A DNA stretch of 64,000 nt, taken from positions 2,848,001 to 2,912,000 of the forward strand of contig CAVYRF010000002.1 of assembly GCA_963770895.1 (NCBI GenBank), given 5' to 3'. The notes below the pieces were generated by a model, which made no database searches, was not told the origin of the DNA, and worked only from the letters and a program-made list of their open reading frames with translations. A program made the position numbers and the translations under genes. The DNA is from an uncultured Acidobacteriota bacterium. Lineage in GTDB: Bacteria > Acidobacteriota > Thermoanaerobaculia > Multivoradales > UBA5704. Below, piece by piece: positions 58,462-64,000 of the stretch; the stretch's first letter is position 1; the number at the start of each line of letters is the position of its first letter.

Positions 58462-60417
58462 ATGATCGCGGTATCCGACCTCGCCAAATCTTTCGGCCCC
58501 CAGACGCTGTTCGAGGGGGTCTCGATGCAGTTCAACCCCGGCAACCGGTACGGCCTGGTGGGGGCGAACGGCTCGGGCAAATCCACGTTCCTCAAAATCC
58601 TCACCGGCGAAGAGCAGTTGAGCGCCGGCACGCTCGCCATCCCCAAGCGGCTGAAGCTGGGCGTCCTCAAGCAGGACCACTATCGCTACGAATCGATGCC
58701 CATCCTGGAAGTGGCGATGATGGGCAATCACGACGTGTGGGAAGCCATGGTGGAAAAGGAGCGGATGCTGGCGCACGATCCGCAGCATCCTGAGGGGGAC
58801 CCCCAGGCCGAATTCGACGCCGATCGCTACGCCGAGCTCGAAGAGCTGATCCTGCATCACGACGGCTACACGCTGGAATCGCGCGCCGGCGAAGTGCTGG
58901 AGGGGCTCGGCATCCCCACGGCGGTGCACCGCCAGGCGCTGTCGACGCTGTCGGGCGGCTTCAAGCTGCGCGTGCTGCTCGGGCAGGTGCTGGCCGCCGA
59001 CCCCGACGCCCTGCTGCTCGACGAGCCCACCAACCATCTGGACATCCTGTCGATCCGCTGGCTGGAAAAGTTCCTGGAGAGCTACAAGGGGACGGCGATC
59101 GTGATCTCGCACGATCACCGCTTCCTGGACAACATCTGCACCCACATCGTGGACGTCGACTACGAAACGATCCTGCTCTATCCGGGCAACTACACGGCCT
59201 TCGCCGCCGCCAAGGTCGCCGAGCGCGACCGCAAGGAAGCAGAGATCGGCAAGCGCGAAAAGCAGATCGCCGACCACCAGGCGTTCGTCGACCGTTTCCG
59301 CGCCAAGGCCACCAAGGCGCGCCAGGCGCAGAGCAAGATCAAGATGATCGAAAAGATCGTCATCGATCGCCTGCCGCAGAGCTCGCGCCGCTATCCGACG
59401 TTCAAGTTCCAGCAGGTGCGGCCGAGCGGCCGCCAGACGCTGGAGATCACCGGCGTATCCAAGGCCTACGCCGGCAAGCCGGTGCTGTCGGACGTGTCGC
59501 TCACCGTGCAGCGCGGCGACCGCCTGGCGATCATCGGCCCCAACGGCATCGGCAAGTCCACCCTGCTCAAGATCGCCATGGGCGAAGTCGAAGCCGACGC
59601 CGGCAAGATCGACTGGGGCTACGAGACCCACCGCGGCTACTTCTCGCAGGAGCACACCGAGATCAAGGCCGGCGGCAAGCAGAGCGTCGAGGCGTGGCTG
59701 TGGGAGTCGGTGCCCACCGAGCCGATCGGGTTCGTGCGCGGCAACCTGGGGCAGGTGCTGTTTTCGGGCGACGACGTCAAGAAGCAGGTGGGCAGCCTGT
59801 CGGGCGGCGAGGCGGCGCGCCTGGTGTTCTGCCGCCTGTCGGTGACCAAGCCCAACGTGCTGATCCTGGACGAACCCACCAACCACCTGGACCTGGAGGC
59901 CATCGAGGCGCTGGTCGAAGGGCTGAAGGCCTACGACGGCACGCTCATCTTCGTCTCCCACGACCGCTGGTTCGTGTCGCAGCTGGCCAACCGCGTGCTG
60001 GAGATCTCGCCGCGCGGCATCCAGGACTTCCCCGGCACCTACGAGGAGTACCTGGAGCGGCTGGGCGACGACCACCTGGACGCCGAAGCGGTGCTGCGCA
60101 TGCGCCGCGAGCAGAAAAAGAAGTCGGCGGCGCGCGCCGCGGCCCCGGCGCTCGACGACCGCGAGCGGCGCCAGCGCCGGCGCGACCTGGGCCGCCGCCG
60201 CGACGACATCACCACCGCCGTCGAGCAGGCCGAAGCGCGCGTCCACACCATCAACGAGATGTTCTGCGATCCCACCTTCTTCGACCGCACCTCGCGCGAC
60301 CAGGTGCGCAAGCTGGAAGACGAGCAGAAGCGGCTCAACGCCAAGGTCGTGGAGCTGATGGCCACCTGGGAAGAGATCGAAACCGAGATGGCCAGCCTGT
60401 CCGAAGACTCCGCCTAG
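58462..60417 (+). CDS. ABC-F family ATPase
   Basis: Two NBDs (GANGSGKS, GPNGIGKS), LDEPTNHLD x2, no TM domains. Confidence 0.93.
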   Translation: MIAVSDLAKSFGPQTLFEGVSMQFNPGNRYGLVGANGSGKSTFLKILTGEEQLSAGTLAIPKRLKLGVLKQDHYRYESMPILEVAMMGNHDVWEAMVEKERMLAHDPQHPEGDPQAEFDADRYAELEELILHHDGYTLESRAGEVLEGLGIPTAVHRQALSTLSGGFKLRVLLGQVLAADPDALLLDEPTNHLDILSIRWLEKFLESYKGTAIVISHDHRFLDNICTHIVDVDYETILLYPGNYTAFAAAKVAERDRKEAEIGKREKQIADHQAFVDRFRAKATKARQAQSKIKMIEKIVIDRLPQSSRRYPTFKFQQVRPSGRQTLEITGVSKAYAGKPVLSDVSLTVQRGDRLAIIGPNGIGKSTLLKIAMGEVEADAGKIDWGYETHRGYFSQEHTEIKAGGKQSVEAWLWESVPTEPIGFVRGNLGQVLFSGDDVKKQVGSLSGGEAARLVFCRLSVTKPNVLILDEPTNHLDLEAIEALVEGLKAYDGTLIFVSHDRWFVSQLANRVLEISPRGIQDFPGTYEEYLERLGDDHLDAEAVLRMRREQKKKSAARAAAPALDDRERRQRRRDLGRRRDDITTAVEQAEARVHTINEMFCDPTFFDRTSRDQVRKLEDEQKRLNAKVVELMATWEEIETEMASLSEDSA

Positions 60418-60497
60418 CCCGCCGCCGGCGCTCCGCCGGCTGGCGGCTCCGGCCCCCCCTTCCCCCTCCTCCTGCCGGACCCATGGTCCGCCGGCGG

Positions 60498-60509
60498 TGA
60501 CATCTGTCA
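60498..60509. promoter_or_regulatory. DesR/YvfU-type response regulator box
   Basis: TGACA-TC-TGTCA palindrome upstream of the ABC-DesKR operon. Confidence 0.65.
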
Positions 60510-60601
60510 GCGCAAAGTGGTGACGCGGGGTACCTGTGGCGGCGGGGGCCCGGTGCGAGACTGCCTGCACGATGACCGGCGACGGTCGGGGGAGGCAGAC
60601 G

Positions 60602-61540
60602 ATGGACAGACGACACGACGTGGTGGCCGAGCTGGAGTGGGCGAGCAAGGGGTTCGGCGCGGTCAAGGCGGTTGCGGAGCTCGACTTCGAAGTGCGGGCG
60701 GGCGAGGTGGTGGCGCTGCTGGGACCGAACGGCGCCGGCAAGACGACGACGGTGCGGCTGTTGATGGGCCTGGTGCGGCCGAGCGCCGGTGCGGCGCGGG
60801 CGTTCGGGCTGGACCCGTCAAAGCCGGCGGCGCGGATGCGGATGGGCGCCATGCTGCAGGTATCCAAGGTGCCCGAAACGCTCAAGGTGCGCGAGCACAT
60901 CGAGCTGTTTTCCAGCTACTACCCGCGGCCGCTGCCGTTTGCCGAGGTGGTGGCGGCGGCCGGCCTGGGCGGTCTCGAAGAGCGCTACTTTGGCAAGCTG
61001 TCCGGCGGCCAGCGCCAGCGGGTGCTGTTCGCGCTGGCGATCTGCGGCGATCCGCAGCTGCTGTTCCTGGACGAGCCGAGCGCGGCGCTCGACGTCGAAG
61101 CGCGGCGTTCGCTCTGGGACCGCATCGAGGCGCGGCGGCGGGCCGGCGGTTCGGTGCTGCTGACCACCCACAACCTGGAAGAGGCGGACCGCCTGGCGGA
61201 CCGCATCGTGCTGCTCGACCGCGGCCGCGTGCTGGCCGAGGGGACGCCGGCGCAGATCAAGGCGCGGGTGGCCGGCCGCACGGTGCGGGCGCGTACGACG
61301 CTCGGCAGGGCCGACCTGGAACGGCTGCCCGGCCTGCTGGCGGTGCGTCACGAGGCGGAGGAACACGTCGAGCTGCTGGCCGCCGAACCGGAGCGGCTGG
61401 TGGCGGCGCTGCTCGCCGCCGATCCGGCGCTGAGCGAGCTGGAAGTGCGCGGTGTCGGCCTGGAGGAAGCCTTTCTGGCCCTGACCTGCGGCCTGGCCGC
61501 GGGGGATGAAGCGCGGCGCGACAAGGAGGTGGCGGCATGA
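60602..61540 (+). CDS. ABC transporter ATP-binding protein (YvfR-like)
   Basis: GPNGAGKT, LSGGQRQR, FLDEP; GGAGG RBS. Confidence 0.9.
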   Translation: MDRRHDVVAELEWASKGFGAVKAVAELDFEVRAGEVVALLGPNGAGKTTTVRLLMGLVRPSAGAARAFGLDPSKPAARMRMGAMLQVSKVPETLKVREHIELFSSYYPRPLPFAEVVAAAGLGGLEERYFGKLSGGQRQRVLFALAICGDPQLLFLDEPSAALDVEARRSLWDRIEARRRAGGSVLLTTHNLEEADRLADRIVLLDRGRVLAEGTPAQIKARVAGRTVRARTTLGRADLERLPGLLAVRHEAEEHVELLAAEPERLVAALLAADPALSELEVRGVGLEEAFLALTCGLAAGDEARRDKEVAA

Positions 61541-62364
61541 GCTCTCAGACGGTGGTGATGAACGCCGGCGGCGTTGCCCCGGGGCCGGCCCCGGCGAGCC
61601 GGCGGCTGGCCCGGATCTACTGGCTGGAGGCGAAGTCGGAGGCGCTCAAGACGTTGCGCCTGCCGGCGTACCTGGCGCCGATGTTCGCCTTTCCGATCAT
61701 GTTCTACCTGCTGTTCGGCGTGGCGATGAACCCCGGCGCCGGGGTCGGTGGCGTGCCCATCGCCGTGTACCTGCTGGCGACCTATGGGGTGTGGGGCGTG
61801 CTGAACGTGTCGCTGTTCGGGTTCGGCGTCGGCGTCGCGGCCGAGCGCGGGCAGGGGTGGCTGCTGCTCAAGCGCTCGACCCCCATGCCGCCGCTGGCCA
61901 ACCTGGTAGGACGCTTGGCAAGCTGCGCCGTGTTCTGTGCCGCGGTGGTGGCGGTGCTGTTCGCGGTCGGCGTGACGGTAGGGCACGTGCGGCTGCCGGC
62001 GCCGACGATGCTGGCGCTGGGCGCGGTGCTGGTGAGCGGCACGCTGCCGTTTGCCGCCTTCGGTCTGGCGGTGGGCTATTGGGCGGGGCCCAACTCGGCG
62101 TCGATGGTGTGCAACCTGCTGGCACTGCCGATCTCCTTCGCCTCGGGCCTGTGGATTCCGTTCCGCATGCTGCCGCGGGCCATGCAGAGCGTGGCGCACG
62201 CCCTGCCGGCCTATCACTTCGCGCAGCTGGCGCTGGGGGTGGTGGGCGCCGCCAACAGCCAGCCCATCGCGTGGAGCCTGCTCTACCTGGGCGGCTTCAC
62301 CGTCGGGATGCTGCTCCTGGCGCGGCTGGGCTATCAGCGCGACGAAGGGCGCACGTTCGGCTGA
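61537..62364 (+). CDS. ABC-2 permease (YvfS-like)
   Basis: Six TM helices, ERGQGW, SGLWIP. Confidence 0.88.
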   Translation: MSSQTVVMNAGGVAPGPAPASRRLARIYWLEAKSEALKTLRLPAYLAPMFAFPIMFYLLFGVAMNPGAGVGGVPIAVYLLATYGVWGVLNVSLFGFGVGVAAERGQGWLLLKRSTPMPPLANLVGRLASCAVFCAAVVAVLFAVGVTVGHVRLPAPTMLALGAVLVSGTLPFAAFGLAVGYWAGPNSASMVCNLLALPISFASGLWIPFRMLPRAMQSVAHALPAYHFAQLALGVVGAANSQPIAWSLLYLGGFTVGMLLLARLGYQRDEGRTFG

Positions 62365-62396
62365 GCGGCGCGGTACCGCGGTACCATGGAGAAGCC

Positions 62397-63599
62397 ATGC
62401 GACGACTGCTGCCTTGCGACCCGCACATCGCCTGGACGCCCTACGTCTGGCTGGCCTACCTGGGTCTCTTCCTGCTGGTGCCGGCGATGCGCCACGCCGG
62501 CCCGCTGGAATGGACGCTGGACCTGATCGCGGTGGCGGTGTTTCTGGTGCTGTACTTCACCGGCTACTGGGTGTCGGGGGGGCGGCTGGTGCTGATCGCG
62601 GCGGCGATCTTCGCGATCGGCGCCGCGTTCGCTCCCAGCAATGCCAACGCCTCGGTGTTTTGCGTCTACGCCGCCGCCTTTGCCGGCCGGTTCGCGCCGG
62701 CGCGCCGCGCGCTCCAGGCCATCGGGGTGCTGGTGGCGCTGGAGGCGATCGAAAGCCTGGCGCTGCACCTGCCGGCCGACTTCTGGGTGTCCGCAATGGC
62801 CTTCACCATGCTGATCGGCGGCCTGTGCATGCACCAGGCCGAGCTGCGGCGGGCGGCCCAGCGGCTTGCCGAGTCGCAGGCCGAGGTGCAGCAGCTGGTG
62901 CGCATCGCCGAGCGCGAACGCATCGCCCGCGACCTGCACGATCTGCTGGGCCACACCCTGTCGCTGATCGCGCTCAAGGCCGAGCTGGCGGGCAAGCTGC
63001 TGGCGATCTCGCCGGAGCGTGCCGCGGCGGAGATCCGCGACGTCGAAACCGTCACCCGCGACGCCCTGCGCGAGGTGCGCGCCGCCATCGGCGGTTACCG
63101 CTCCGAGGGGCTGCCGGCCGAGCTCGCGCGGGCGCGCCTGGTCCTGGAAGCGGCCGGGGTGCGGCCCGAATATTTCATCATGCCGCTCGCCCTTCCGGCC
63201 GCGGCTGAAGCCGCGCTGGCCCTGGCGGTGCAGGAAGCGGTGACCAACGTCGTCCGCCACGCCGGCGCCGCGGTGTGCAGCATTACGCTCGAGCGCCGCG
63301 AGGGCGCCGTGCGGCTGGAGATCGCCGACGACGGCCGCGGCGGCGCCGCCGCCGCGGTGGCCGGTGCGGCCGGCGCGGGGATGGGTCTGCGCGCCATGCG
63401 CGAGCGCCTGGCGGGGCTCGGCGGCCAGTTTGAGATCAGCGCGGTCGGCGAGGCCGGCGGCACCCGTCTGGTTATCACCTTGCCATACCGCGACCCGGCG
63501 GCGGGGGTGGGCGTAAAGGCGGCGGCGGCCGAGGCCGCGGTGCGCCTGGCGGAGGCGGGAGCGGTGGCGCCTCGCCTGGCGCCGGAGCGCGCCCGGTGA
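62397..63599 (+). CDS. DesK-like sensor histidine kinase (HisKA_3)
   Basis: TM helices, ERERIARDLHDLLGHTLS, EAVTNVVRH, DDGRG. Confidence 0.92.
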   Translation: MRRLLPCDPHIAWTPYVWLAYLGLFLLVPAMRHAGPLEWTLDLIAVAVFLVLYFTGYWVSGGRLVLIAAAIFAIGAAFAPSNANASVFCVYAAAFAGRFAPARRALQAIGVLVALEAIESLALHLPADFWVSAMAFTMLIGGLCMHQAELRRAAQRLAESQAEVQQLVRIAERERIARDLHDLLGHTLSLIALKAELAGKLLAISPERAAAEIRDVETVTRDALREVRAAIGGYRSEGLPAELARARLVLEAAGVRPEYFIMPLALPAAAEAALALAVQEAVTNVVRHAGAAVCSITLERREGAVRLEIADDGRGGAAAAVAGAAGAGMGLRAMRERLAGLGGQFEISAVGEAGGTRLVITLPYRDPAAGVGVKAAAAEAAVRLAEAGAVAPRLAPERAR

Positions 63600-64000
63600 T
63601 CCGGGTGCTGCTCGCCGAGGATCAGTCGCTGGTCCTCGGCGCCCTGGCGGCGCTCCTCGACCTGGAAGCGGACATCGAAGTGGTGGCGCGGGCGCGCGAC
63701 GGCCGCGAGGCGCTGCGCCTGGCCGAGGAGTCGGCGCCCGACGTGGTGCTCACCGACATCGAGATGCCCGAGATGAGCGGCCTGGACCTGGCCGCCGAGC
63801 TGCGGCGCCGCGGCAACCCGGCGCGCGTCGTGATCGTCACCACCTTCGCGCGCAGCGGCTACCTGCAGCGCGCGCTGGCCGCCGGCGTCGCCGGCTACCT
63901 GCTCAAGGATTCGCCCGCCGAGCGTCTGGCCGACGCGGTGCGGCGCGTGCACGCCGGTTTGCGGGCCATCGACCCGGAGCTTGCCACCTCGGCCTGGGAG
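63596..64000 (+). CDS. DesR/NarL-family response regulator, truncated by the window end
   Basis: GTGA overlap; MIRVLLAEDQ, DIEMP, TTF, GYLLKD. Confidence 0.9.
   Translation, partial: MIRVLLAEDQSLVLGALAALLDLEADIEVVARARDGREALRLAEESAPDVVLTDIEMPEMSGLDLAAELRRRGNPARVVIVTTFARSGYLQRALAAGVAGYLLKDSPAERLADAVRRVHAGLRAIDPELATSAWE

Overview
Very GC-rich bacterial chromosome segment. The gene content and protein families suggest Acidobacteriota, probably Thermoanaerobaculia (inference, not verified). Most of it is core or housekeeping: envC-ctpA-yibQ, ybbP/ybbA/tesA, mazG, dnaK-hsp20-hspR, a DnaC-like ATPase, SpoIID, acyl-CoA dehydrogenase-meaB-mce, aroF-carA, an ECF sigma operon, luxE/luxC-like genes, uvrA, PBP1B, ABC-F and a DesKR-type module. 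The most striking content is at 25.5-36.5 kb: two related modules, each pairing a small secreted precursor-like protein with members of one conserved TPR-like family. The small proteins share a signal peptide, a Trp-rich helix and a Cys-bracketed C-terminal [DN]-P-[DN]-G motif. The TPR-like family appears as XRE-HTH fusions, as a zinc-finger fusion next to a stand-alone HTH, and as a degenerate copy. Together this resembles an RRNPP-like peptide signalling system in a diderm. Also seen: a CTAG-flanked ~167-bp MITE whose removal restores gene coupling, a collapsed 16-bp relic of the same element, a candidate anti-SD sRNA, a probably catalytically dead CtpA, a ~10-bp-phased intergenic repeat array, frequent leaderless-type promoters and many in-frame microsatellite expansions. 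No rRNA, tRNA or CRISPR array was seen.
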